This document shows, piece by piece, positions 26,784 through 34,699 of a DNA stretch of 45,917 bases (positions within the stretch are counted from its first letter, which is position 1; each line of letters opens with the position of its first letter). Origin of the DNA: a phage; assembly GCA_014750165.1 (NCBI GenBank), contig GCA_014750165.1_4319.1; one strand, 5' to 3'. Under the pieces are notes generated by a model. The model saw only the letters and a program-made list of their open reading frames with translations, did no database searches and had not been told where the DNA came from. Position numbers and translations under genes: made by a program.

Positions 26784-27920
26784 ATGGCAACTGCAAAAAT
26801 CACTAACGAAGAGCTGCGTGAAGAGCTTGCTAATGGCATGACAAACAAGGCAATCGCAGAGAAATACGGAATGAACATTCGCAACGTTGAATTGCGTCGT
26901 AGTAAATTGGCAAAGAGTGGAGAATTGCACGGAAACCCAGGTATCAAGAAGTTAGTTCCTGACGGTTATATGGTTAAGGGAACCTCCACGATGATTGATG
27001 CGGATGGTAACGAGAAGCTGCGCTGGGTTAAAACCTCTGTAGACAATGAGCGACTTGAGGTTTTAATGGAGCAAGCTCGAGAAGCATTTTGCTCTGATTT
27101 GCCAAAGGCTATTCCATCTGAATCACCGAATGTTAACTTTGATGATAACACGCTTGCGATGTATCCAGTTTTTGATTTACACATTGGGGCGATGGCTCAC
27201 AAACATGAGTGTGGCGAAAACTATGATACAGCAACAGCAGAGAAAGTAATGAATGGGTTCTTTGACTACGCTGTTGATAAGGCTCCAAACTCTAAGAATG
27301 CTGTATTGGTATTGGGTGGTGATTTCCTGCATTACGACTCTCTGGAGGCTAAAACCCCGGCATCAGGTCATATCTTAGATTCTGACAGTCGTTACGCCAA
27401 GATTGTTTATGTTGCAATCCGGTCAGTGCGTCGTGCCATTTCTCGAATGATGGAAAAGCACCAAGTTATTGAAATTAAAGTAATAAGTGGCAATCACGAC
27501 GAGGCAGGAATGGTTTGGCTCCGCGCTGCACTTGCTGCATTTTATGAAGATGAGCCTCGCGTAAATGTTGATGTTAGCCCAGCCGCAATGATGATGACCA
27601 GCTTTGGAACGACGCTTATTGGATACACTCACGGGCACCAAATGCGGAAAGCCGATACTCGACTAACTGTTATGGCAACTGATTTTCGTAAGTTATTTGG
27701 CCAAAGTGAGTATGTTTACACACATAGTGGCCACTGGCATTCGCAGAAGATTACAGAAACAAACTTGGGAATTGATGAGGTTCATGGGCAGCTTGGAAGC
27801 CCTGACGCGTACTCCGCAAATGGCGGTTGGCGTTCTCAACGTCAAGCGGCAGTCATTGTCTACCATAAAGAATTCGGTGAAGTTGGCCGATTCATTTGTC
27901 GCCCTAAAATGTTTGGCTAA
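26784..27920 (+). CDS. metallophosphoesterase with N-terminal HTH
   Basis: DLHIG, GGDFLH, GNHD and GHWH match calcineurin-like motifs. The N-terminal NKAIAEKYGMNIRNVELRR is HTH-like. Confidence 0.7.
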   Translation: MATAKITNEELREELANGMTNKAIAEKYGMNIRNVELRRSKLAKSGELHGNPGIKKLVPDGYMVKGTSTMIDADGNEKLRWVKTSVDNERLEVLMEQAREAFCSDLPKAIPSESPNVNFDDNTLAMYPVFDLHIGAMAHKHECGENYDTATAEKVMNGFFDYAVDKAPNSKNAVLVLGGDFLHYDSLEAKTPASGHILDSDSRYAKIVYVAIRSVRRAISRMMEKHQVIEIKVISGNHDEAGMVWLRAALAAFYEDEPRVNVDVSPAAMMMTSFGTTLIGYTHGHQMRKADTRLTVMATDFRKLFGQSEYVYTHSGHWHSQKITETNLGIDEVHGQLGSPDAYSANGGWRSQRQAAVIVYHKEFGEVGRFICRPKMFG

Positions 27921-27985
27921 TAGCGCTTTTTGTTAAAACGATACCCGCGAAAGCGGGTATTATTGTTTTATCGAAACGGCAGGGG
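27919..27985 (+). promoter_or_regulatory. box/-10/leader cassette (T-spacer variant)
   Basis: AATAGCGCTTTTTGTTAAAA, 22 nt (ATACCCGC-GAAA-GCGGGTAT hairpin), TATTAT (27958-27963), then TATCGAAACGG. Confidence 0.55.
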
Positions 27986-28002
27986 GATTGAAATGAATTG
28001 GC

Positions 28003-28485
28003 ATGATTTTTTTATACTATAAGGATGGAAAGGTTTTCTGGAGAGATCCGCACTGCACGAGATTGAAGCCAGGTGATGAGGCTGGTAGTAGGCACCATAG
28101 GGGTTATTGGTATATTCGTAGATATGACAAAACAATGTCAAGGCACCGAATCGTATGGGAGATGCACAACGGAACAATACCAGACGGTATGGAGATAGAT
28201 CATATAAATCACGTGCCTGGTGATGACAGAATTGAAAACCTAAGAATGGTCACAAGAAGGCAAAACAATCAAAACAAAAAATTAAATGAAAGAAATACAA
28301 GCGGACACGTCGGGGTTAGCTGGAACAAGAAGACAAACAAATGGAGAGCAATGATAGGCATAAGGGGAGAGGACGGAAAGAGGAAAACTTTATACGTTTA
28401 TTATGGTGATTCTTTCGATGATGCGGTATCAGCAAGAAAGAAAGCAGAGGCTGAGCACTCGTTTCATGAAAATCACGGTAAATAG
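28003..28485 (+). CDS. HNH homing endonuclease with AP2-like domain (copy 2)
   Basis: HRIVWE..EIDHINHVPGDDRIENLR followed by GVSWNKKTNKWRA. The RBS-backed ATG at 27993 is out of frame by one across a T7 run (28007-28013). Confidence 0.8.
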   Translation: MIFLYYKDGKVFWRDPHCTRLKPGDEAGSRHHRGYWYIRRYDKTMSRHRIVWEMHNGTIPDGMEIDHINHVPGDDRIENLRMVTRRQNNQNKKLNERNTSGHVGVSWNKKTNKWRAMIGIRGEDGKRKTLYVYYGDSFDDAVSARKKAEAEHSFHENHGK

Positions 28486-28544
28486 CACTTTTTGCCTAAC
28501 TCATGCCGTAGAAATGCGGCATAATCACCAAATCGAAACGAGAT
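28480..28544 (+). promoter_or_regulatory. box/-10/leader cassette (T-spacer variant)
   Basis: AAATAGCACTTTTTGCCTAA, 22 nt (ATGCCG..CGGCAT hairpin), CATAAT (28520-28525), then AAATCGAAACGAGA. Confidence 0.55.
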
Positions 28545-28555
28545 GAGGAATTGTA

Positions 28556-29029
28556 ATGATTTATGTATTTGATATCGATGGAACTATAGCTAATAATGAG
28601 CATAGAAGCCACCTCTTGCCATCCAGTGACCTTCACTTGACTTCAAGTTGGAAGGATTACAATAAAGCCTGTTCCGGAGACTCACCAATAATTCCAATGA
28701 TAAAAATGATGAATTCTTTAGCTGAGTCATCTCAAGTTTACATAATGACCTCAAGAAGTGATGAAGTTGAATGGAGAACGCTTCAGTGGCTTCATGATAA
28801 TGATGTTGAGTATGATTCGATATACATGAGAAGTCGACATGACAACCGAAAAGATTACAAAATAAAAGAGGAATGGCTTACTGAAATCAGTGGTGGCGAT
28901 AAAAGCAATGTGGTTATTTTTGAAGATAACCCGCAAGTAATCAAGCACTTAAGGAGCTTCGGATATACTGTAATGTCAGTTTGCGAATATGAAGACCTAC
29001 CTAAAGACTGCGAATCTCACGGAGAATGA
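28556..29029 (+). CDS. HAD-family phosphatase (polynucleotide 3'-phosphatase / nucleotidase-like)
   Basis: N-terminal VFDIDGT motif I; 157 aa. Confidence 0.65.
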   Translation: MIYVFDIDGTIANNEHRSHLLPSSDLHLTSSWKDYNKACSGDSPIIPMIKMMNSLAESSQVYIMTSRSDEVEWRTLQWLHDNDVEYDSIYMRSRHDNRKDYKIKEEWLTEISGGDKSNVVIFEDNPQVIKHLRSFGYTVMSVCEYEDLPKDCESHGE

Positions 29030-29031
29030 AA

Positions 29032-29586
29032 ATGACTAAATTATTTATCCTTAATGGCCCAGCTGGAGTTGGCAAGGACACTATAGCCGATATCATGGTT
29101 GAGACTGGTGTCGCCAAAGAAAAGGTATCATTCAAGTCACCAATGTTTAACGTTGTAAAAGGAATGCTATCAAGCGATGAATTTGATGGATTCATCAAGA
29201 ATTACGACAATAGAGACTATAAGGAATCACCTCATGGATTTCTTAGCGGTATGACAGTTCGTGAATTTATGATTTGGATTAGCGAGTCTGTAATGAAGCC
29301 AGTCTTTGGTGATGATGTTTTCGGTAAAAGGCTAGCACAGTCACTTGGTGATGGTTGCTACATTTGCGCTGACGGTGGGTTTGCTAGCGAGATTAAGCCA
29401 CTGATCGACACTGGTGTTGAGGTAACGTTAATCAGGTTGCATAGGGAAGGGTACACATTTTATGGCGATAGTCGCTCATACATTCACGGTGTGTGTGCAA
29501 GAGAGATTGATGTTCATGTTGTTGATGGTGATATTAATGGAACATCAGCATTGGTAAGGCACGTAATAAATAGCACGAATTGCTAA
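29032..29586 (+). CDS. P-loop (d)NMP kinase-like protein
   Basis: NGPAGVGKDT P-loop. ATG 29032 lies 7 nt after GGAG (track start 29026). The C-terminus is box-encoded NSTNC. Confidence 0.65.
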   Translation: MTKLFILNGPAGVGKDTIADIMVETGVAKEKVSFKSPMFNVVKGMLSSDEFDGFIKNYDNRDYKESPHGFLSGMTVREFMIWISESVMKPVFGDDVFGKRLAQSLGDGCYICADGGFASEIKPLIDTGVEVTLIRLHREGYTFYGDSRSYIHGVCAREIDVHVVDGDINGTSALVRHVINSTNC

Positions 29587-29632
29587 AGATAATATTAAAA
29601 ACTGGGTTATCATTAACACATCGAAACGAGAT
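29569..29632 (+). promoter_or_regulatory. box/-10/leader cassette
   Basis: AATAGCACGAATTGCTAAA, 22 nt, TATCAT (29608-29613), then ACATCGAAACGAGA. Confidence 0.6.
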
Positions 29633-29654
29633 GAACCAAACGAGGAAAAACAAA

Positions 29655-29831
29655 ATGACTAAAATGATTTACTGCACCAAGAACAACTCCAAGACGCTTC
29701 CATTTACAGTTAACCAGCCGTATAGCGCAGAGTACCAGGGCGATGGATACTACAAGATTTATGGCGACGATATGACGCACATCTTAGCGCCGATTGATGG
29801 TTCGTTAGTTGAATTTATTGTCGCTGACTAG
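29655..29831 (+). CDS. hypothetical protein
   Basis: ATG 29655 follows GAGGA. The track start 29580 lies inside the box. Confidence 0.55.
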   Translation: MTKMIYCTKNNSKTLPFTVNQPYSAEYQGDGYYKIYGDDMTHILAPIDGSLVEFIVAD

Positions 29832-29858
29832 CGCATAAAAAACATAGCGTTACGAACG

Positions 29859-29884
29859 GGGAGCCTTTTGGCTCCCTTTTTTTA
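29859..29884 (+). terminator. intrinsic terminator
   Basis: GGGAGCC-TTTT-GGCTCCC followed by T7. Confidence 0.8.
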
Positions 29885-29962
29885 TGCTTCTTTTCCGAGC
29901 GGTGATAATGTATCATTCTTTTACTAACTTAAACATTGACAAATACATAAATGGAGGATCAC

Positions 29963-30178
29963 ATGAGGGAAGTAATCAACGCTGCTACTGCGTCAACTGG
30001 CGGTGCTGCGGTAACTGGCGCAGCAACTGGTCAAATGACTATAGCAATAATCAGCCTCATCGCTCTTATTATTTTTGGTGTCTGGGGCGCTTACTGGAAG
30101 TTCAAAGATAGCCAGGCGATTCGTCGAGCACTTGAATCTGGCGACCTAAAAACAGCAATAAAGATAAGGAGTAAGTAA
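29963..30178 (+). CDS. holin (pinholin-like candidate)
   Basis: ATG 29963 follows GGAGGA, with an upstream in-frame ATG at 29951. Has a hydrophobic segment (TIAIISLIALIIFGVWGAYW), a charged C-terminus, and directly precedes the endolysin. Confidence 0.65.
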   Translation: MREVINAATASTGGAAVTGAATGQMTIAIISLIALIIFGVWGAYWKFKDSQAIRRALESGDLKTAIKIRSK

Positions 30179-30664
30179 ATGAAGCAGAAGCTGCTACTTA
30201 GCGCAGTTACGGCTGCGGCAATATACATCGCAGCGCCGCTTATTGAACTCGTTGAGGGTGTGGAGAACAAGCCTTACATGGACATTGCCGGAATACCTAC
30301 AGTCTGCGCGGGTATCACTGGTCCTGACGTAGTTTGGGGTAAAACATACAGCAACAGGGAGTGCCGTAACCTGCTGGAGAAACACATTCAGATTCATGGG
30401 GAGCATGTTCAGGATGCGGTTACCTACCCAATTGCACCGCAGACAAGGGCGGCGTTAATCAGCTTTAGCTACAATGTTGGCGGTTCAGCGATGAGGAAGT
30501 CTACGGCTGTTAAGTTGATTAACCAGGGTAATATTGAGCAGGGTTGCAATGCCCTCGGTATGTGGAATAAAGCTACCATTAATGGTAAGAAGGTTGTCGT
30601 TAAGGGGTTAGTGAATCGCCGGAATGAGGAGATTAAGTTATGCTTAAGTGGATTGCAGCGTTAG
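30179..30664 (+). CDS. SAR endolysin (GH24 lysozyme)
   Basis: The N-terminal weakly hydrophobic LLLSAVTAAAIYIAAPLI is followed by E-x8-D-x5-T (EGVENKPYMDIAGIPT). Confidence 0.85.
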   Translation: MKQKLLLSAVTAAAIYIAAPLIELVEGVENKPYMDIAGIPTVCAGITGPDVVWGKTYSNRECRNLLEKHIQIHGEHVQDAVTYPIAPQTRAALISFSYNVGGSAMRKSTAVKLINQGNIEQGCNALGMWNKATINGKKVVVKGLVNRRNEEIKLCLSGLQR

Positions 30665-31029
30665 TGTTGTGTGTAGCTTTAACTGGATGCTCGGCAACAT
30701 CTGCGCTGACTGGTTTAATTGGCAGTAAGCCAGAGATTAGCGCTCAAGCTGGTGCAGAGAACAATAAGGTTGGTGTCGGGTTAACGAACAAGGTTGACTC
30801 CAGTAACTCCAGCGATGCTTCCGTTAAGGATTCTAGCGTAGGCTCTCTGGATAGCTCGAGCGGAAAAAAGACTGCTGACAATTCGATTAAGGCCTCAACA
30901 ATCACTGCCGAAAAGATTGAAATTACCAATAACGAATCATCAGCGCTTCCGTGGGTTGGAACAGGGGCTATGGGGTTGCTTGTTCTGATTCTCCTGGCCT
31001 TAATCTTAAGACGTAAAAAAGCCTCCTAA
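30640..31029 (+). CDS. unimolecular spanin (T1 gp11-like)
   Basis: N-terminal lipobox LTGC plus a C-terminal TM (AMGLLVLILLALIL) followed by RRKK. Confidence 0.8.
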   Translation: MLKWIAALVLCVALTGCSATSALTGLIGSKPEISAQAGAENNKVGVGLTNKVDSSNSSDASVKDSSVGSLDSSSGKKTADNSIKASTITAEKIEITNNESSALPWVGTGAMGLLVLILLALILRRKKAS

Positions 31030-31046
31030 TGGAGGCTATATTTTTA
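31014..31046. terminator. bidirectional intrinsic terminator
   Basis: A6-AGCCTCC-TAAT-GGAGGCT-ATATTTTT between convergent genes. Confidence 0.75.
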
Positions 31047-31379
31047 GCTAAATAACTCGTCGTCAGTCATTGTTCCTATATTCATCATCTCTTTTATGTA
31101 ATTGCTCTGATACCCGCCAAGCGCCTCGAAGTTGAAATCAAATGGCCTTTTCAAACTCCCCTTGCTAACAAACTCACCACACTTACCATCAATGTATCCA
31201 GCAGTTAACATCTTTGCGCAAAACTCCTTTGAAGCCGCGCTGCAAAACTCTCTATGAGATAACCCCGCCGCCTTGCTGAATCTCTGGGAGTCCTTATGTT
31301 GGTAGATGAATCGCGCCAAATGCTGACGCGTGAAAAAGCTATAAGATTCGCAAAAACGATACAAATCCAAAATGAACAC
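31044..31379 (-). CDS. hypothetical protein
   Basis: GTG 31379 follows GGGGTGA; 111 aa. Confidence 0.55.
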   Translation of the reverse strand: MFILDLYRFCESYSFFTRQHLARFIYQHKDSQRFSKAAGLSHREFCSAASKEFCAKMLTAGYIDGKCGEFVSKGSLKRPFDFNFEALGGYQSNYIKEMMNIGTMTDDELFS

Positions 31380-31382
31380 TTA

Positions 31383-32966
31383 TCACCCCAGCAGTCGTGG
31401 ATTAATGTAAACTTTATCACCAATCAGGCAAGTATAGTTTTTCTCATCAAGCATTGGCAGTAAGTGATCTTTAATCTTCGTCATTACTCCAGCCTGAGCC
31501 TCGAATGGCTTAACCTTGCGAGCAGCTTCATACAATGAACGAATACCAACTACGCCCTTCCCGTTTTTCCCTTGCTTGATCAGGATATCAATCAGCTTAT
31601 TCATCTCGGCATTGTCGCCAGCGTGACCAGCTGCGCTGGCAGATGACAGGTAAGTCTTGCTTAGTTCCTGGAACATGATTACAGCTTCTTGCATGGTATC
31701 AAGTTCAATCTCTCTGGATTTCTGCGGACTCCCACCGTTAGGGTTGAACCAGTTACGAACAGCATGAAGAACGGCTGCAATCCTGATGGCCTGTTTATCG
31801 AACTTGCCCAGGGCACCACGTAACATTGTGTGTGAATACTTCCCGCCATCAGCAAGGTGAGGTTCCATTTCTTGGCGCGCTCGGTTGAGGTACTTCATCG
31901 CTGAGTTGCTTACTGTCAGCTTAACATCTTGCTCATTCATTATCTCATGAACTAAGCGGAAGTAATCAGCCTTTAGTCCACCATCAATTGGCTCGTAAGT
32001 TGAGTCTCCATTCTCATCAACAAATACACGCTCGCCCAGGAATGATTTTTCACGTACAAGCAGAAAACGCTCAGATACACCGATACCACGCGCACCGGCA
32101 TTCATGATTGCATTGATTGTTTCGTCTTGCGCAATTACAGAGATGCAACCCAAAGCAACGAAGCTCATGTTGTTCTCTGCGTTAGCACGCGCAATAGATA
32201 CGTTACCCGCATCCCATGCTTTAAGCACTAGTTCGCTGTTCGTTTTCTTTGAGCCATCACCATAGGTCATGCCAAGCAGTGAGTTCACGCTCGTTGCTTC
32301 ATCCGAGATTACAGCAAAGTTACCCTGACGGTTGTTTATTCGCGCAAGACCTTCCGGCGTGGTATCGGACACGGGGAAAACGATATCGCATAGCTTCTCG
32401 AGCTTCTCCTCTAACTCCTCTTTCTCCTCAAAAAGTGAGGCCATCTCTGATGGTGACTTTTCCTGTTTCATCTCTTTTGATAATGCAGACAGCTTTGCCA
32501 TAATCTTTTTACGCTCACGCTTTCGCACTTCATTCAGCCGCTCAGTCTCAGCAATCATTGGAGCAATTGAAAGTGAGTTAATTGCTGATTTACCTGTCGA
32601 TGGCGGCTGGCTTGTCACGACATAAAGCGAAGTTGGCTGCTGAGTTCCGTGATACTCAACAGTGAATCGACCAAGCATTGCAGCGGAAATACACCCCAGG
32701 AAGTGCATATATGCGGACGACTCAGGAAACTGAACAGAACGAGCAATATTGGCTGACAGCTTACCAACAACATCAATATCATTGCCTAGTGAGATTACAG
32801 GGTACTTGTCATTAGCCGCATCAATCTCTACAGGTGCCTTCCAGAATGATTGAGACTGGCGATAGCCATTGGCATTAATAGCCACGCGCAGGGGTGGGAG
32901 GTTGTCTGCGGCTGCAATTGCCATAACCTGTTCAACAGATAGCTTATCTTCGTTGAAATCAAACAT
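31383..32966 (-). CDS. DUF3987/YfjI-like putative replication ATPase
   Basis: 527 aa with a P-loop-like SQPPSTGKSA. The overall layout is recalled from DUF3987 primase-associated proteins and has not been checked against a profile. Confidence 0.5.
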   Translation of the reverse strand: MFDFNEDKLSVEQVMAIAAADNLPPLRVAINANGYRQSQSFWKAPVEIDAANDKYPVISLGNDIDVVGKLSANIARSVQFPESSAYMHFLGCISAAMLGRFTVEYHGTQQPTSLYVVTSQPPSTGKSAINSLSIAPMIAETERLNEVRKRERKKIMAKLSALSKEMKQEKSPSEMASLFEEKEELEEKLEKLCDIVFPVSDTTPEGLARINNRQGNFAVISDEATSVNSLLGMTYGDGSKKTNSELVLKAWDAGNVSIARANAENNMSFVALGCISVIAQDETINAIMNAGARGIGVSERFLLVREKSFLGERVFVDENGDSTYEPIDGGLKADYFRLVHEIMNEQDVKLTVSNSAMKYLNRARQEMEPHLADGGKYSHTMLRGALGKFDKQAIRIAAVLHAVRNWFNPNGGSPQKSREIELDTMQEAVIMFQELSKTYLSSASAAGHAGDNAEMNKLIDILIKQGKNGKGVVGIRSLYEAARKVKPFEAQAGVMTKIKDHLLPMLDEKNYTCLIGDKVYINPRLLG

Positions 32967-32969
32967 TAC

Positions 32970-33040
32970 TTCTCTCCGTATTGTTTCTGAGCGGCCATTA
33001 TATCAACGACCGCTTATAATTCATTATCAATTTGTGCTAT
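32970..33040 (-). promoter_or_regulatory. box/-10 cassette (variant box)
   Basis: Minus strand reads ATAGCACAAATTGATAA, 22 nt, TATAAT (33002..32997), then CTCAGAAACAATACGGAGAG. Confidence 0.55.
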
Positions 33041-33424
33041 TTACAGGTATTGCGCCTCAAAAAAGTAAGTCTGGCAAAGCGTGTAAAAACCAACGTCCTC
33101 ACTGCGGTAAAGCTGCCAGGCGTTTCCATCCTCGTCATAAATGTATCCGGCATTTTGTCCAAGCCCAGCATGCATAGATACCTGGTAACGCTTTCCTTCT
33201 TTAAAGTCTTTTTTAACTCCTGACTTGTGGTTAACATTTGTGCAATAGAGAGTCTTTGTCTTAATGTATCTACCTAGCTCAGTAAGGTTCTGCCACTTGC
33301 CATTAACCTTGATTTGCTTTACACCATCCTTATCTCTAGCTTTATACAATACGTTATTGTTGCTAATCCAGTTCTTTGTGGTTTTGTTCCATCCGGCAGT
33401 TATCTTGCACTGATTGATAGTCAT
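33041..33424 (-). CDS. hypothetical protein
   Basis: ATG 33424 follows GAGAG (track start is GTG 33448); 127 aa. Confidence 0.55.
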   Translation of the reverse strand: MTINQCKITAGWNKTTKNWISNNNVLYKARDKDGVKQIKVNGKWQNLTELGRYIKTKTLYCTNVNHKSGVKKDFKEGKRYQVSMHAGLGQNAGYIYDEDGNAWQLYRSEDVGFYTLCQTYFFEAQYL

Positions 33425-33585
33425 TTTTTTACTCTCTTCGTTGTCCACATAAATTTGTTTTGTACTGATTTGCGCACTATTCGCACAGCAATCTTATCTG
33501 TCTTTTGTACAAGTCCGTAAATCTTGCCGTCAAGCGACGCGCGGTACACCGCCTCTTCCATCGCGTCGTAAAAGTTGTCGAACAT
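33421..33585 (-). CDS. hypothetical 54-aa protein
   Basis: ATG 33585 lies right after the cassette leader plus GGGAG. Its stop overlaps the next start (ATGA). Below the ORF-track cutoff. Confidence 0.45.
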   Translation of the reverse strand: MFDNFYDAMEEAVYRASLDGKIYGLVQKTDKIAVRIVRKSVQNKFMWTTKRVKK

Positions 33586-33589
33586 TTCT

Positions 33590-33655
33590 CATCTCCCGTT
33601 TCGATGGAAAGATAATACCGCATCCTTGCGATTTCGTTTTAGCAATTCGTGCTGT
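33590..33655 (-). promoter_or_regulatory. box/-10/leader cassette
   Basis: Minus strand reads ACAGCACGAATTGCTAAAA, 22 nt (TCGCA..TGCG hairpin), TATTAT (33617..33612), then CCATCGAAACGGGAG. Confidence 0.6.
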
Positions 33656-33803
33656 TGCGCGCCCTTTCTATCGCCTTGAGCATAATTTCGTGACTTTCCA
33701 GTAAATCCTCTCGGAACCAATCCCCGCAAGGCCAACCATTTCCGCTGTAAGCTGCGATGGTGCAAAGATCGTAATAGTTAATATCTGATGGTAGTAGCAT
33801 CAT
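33639..33803 (-). CDS. hypothetical 54-aa protein ending in NSTNC
   Basis: ATGA overlap with the upstream gene at 33803. Reads through the box, so the C-terminus is ..RARNSTNC. Below the ORF-track cutoff. Confidence 0.5.
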   Translation of the reverse strand: MMLLPSDINYYDLCTIAAYSGNGWPCGDWFREDLLESHEIMLKAIERARNSTNC

Positions 33804-34039
33804 TTCACCTCATCAAAAGTTGCAATCCCAGGGATGAACATCCCAACCTTCCAACCTGCAATGGCAATCCATCCAGAATCGTGCTTGTGCGTTCTCTCAG
33901 CGCCATTAATCAACCATTCGTTCGGGATTGTCTTGCCGTTAATGATTAGCGGCTCAGCGTCGTATACAGAGCCTTTAACGAATGGCGTTAATACTTTCTT
34001 GTCGGTACTGGTGATGCAATTAGTGCAGATTATCTTCAT
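33800..34039 (-). CDS. hypothetical protein
   Basis: 79-aa ORF after a GAGG RBS. Confidence 0.55.
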   Translation of the reverse strand: MKIICTNCITSTDKKVLTPFVKGSVYDAEPLIINGKTIPNEWLINGAERTHKHDSGWIAIAGWKVGMFIPGIATFDEVK

Positions 34040-34043
34040 TATA

Positions 34044-34535
34044 CTACCTCATTCCGCTGTTCTTGTGGTATTTCGCATTAACCTCAGCAACAATCCTCGC
34101 CTCGCAAGCACAGATAAAGTCTATGAATGTTCCTAAACATACAATTTTCCCATCTATGCTAATTCTTGCCGACCACTTACCTCTAACATCCATGTTCACA
34201 CCAGTTACCCCTGGCTTTCTTCTTACATACCTTTTGAGATTCTTATGATTTTCCATGTGGCTAACTAGCCTTAAGTTTTCAATCCTATTATCAGACCTAT
34301 CTCCATTAATGTGGTCGATCTGCATTCCTTTTGGTATATCTCCGTTGTGAATAATCCAGACCGCTCGATGGCAATAAATTAGCTTATTCTTAACCCTAAA
34401 TGCCTTGTATCCATGGCTATGCATGCAGCCAGCCTCGTCACCAACTTTTACTTGGGATGAGTTATACTTTCTGTAAAGTTTCCCATCCTTATACTCTACG
34501 GCGTTTACAATATCCTCAACTAGAATGGCACACAT
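34044..34535 (-). CDS. HNH homing endonuclease with AP2-like domain (copy 3)
   Basis: HRAVWI..QIDHINGDRSDNRIENLR followed by GVNMDVRGKWSAR. Confidence 0.8.
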   Translation of the reverse strand: MCAILVEDIVNAVEYKDGKLYRKYNSSQVKVGDEAGCMHSHGYKAFRVKNKLIYCHRAVWIIHNGDIPKGMQIDHINGDRSDNRIENLRLVSHMENHKNLKRYVRRKPGVTGVNMDVRGKWSARISIDGKIVCLGTFIDFICACEARIVAEVNAKYHKNSGMR

Positions 34536-34696
34536 GATTCACACCCCCAATCCCCACAACAGAAATCTTCATCCTCTGACTGGAATTGCTTAGCCAAATC
34601 AATATCCAACTTTCCGCGGACAACAATTTCGGTGTAATCTTCGTTAAGTCCGATCAGCGCGCATTCGTGGCGTAACTCGTCTTTATCAATCTTCAT
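34520..34696 (-). CDS. hypothetical 58-aa protein with Cys-rich C-terminus
   Basis: ATG 34696 follows the cassette leader plus GAGGAG. Ends ..FCCGDWGCESCVPF. Its last 16 nt overlap the HNH start. Confidence 0.45.
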   Translation of the reverse strand: MKIDKDELRHECALIGLNEDYTEIVVRGKLDIDLAKQFQSEDEDFCCGDWGCESCVPF

Positions 34697-34699
34697 ATC

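Noticed and set aside
29930-29962. A perfect TTGACA at 29935-29940, considered as a lysis-cassette promoter.
   Set aside because: The best hexamer 17 nt downstream is TCACAT, which overlaps the holin RBS and start. An upstream TGaTAATGT is an alternative, but neither is convincing without transcription start data.
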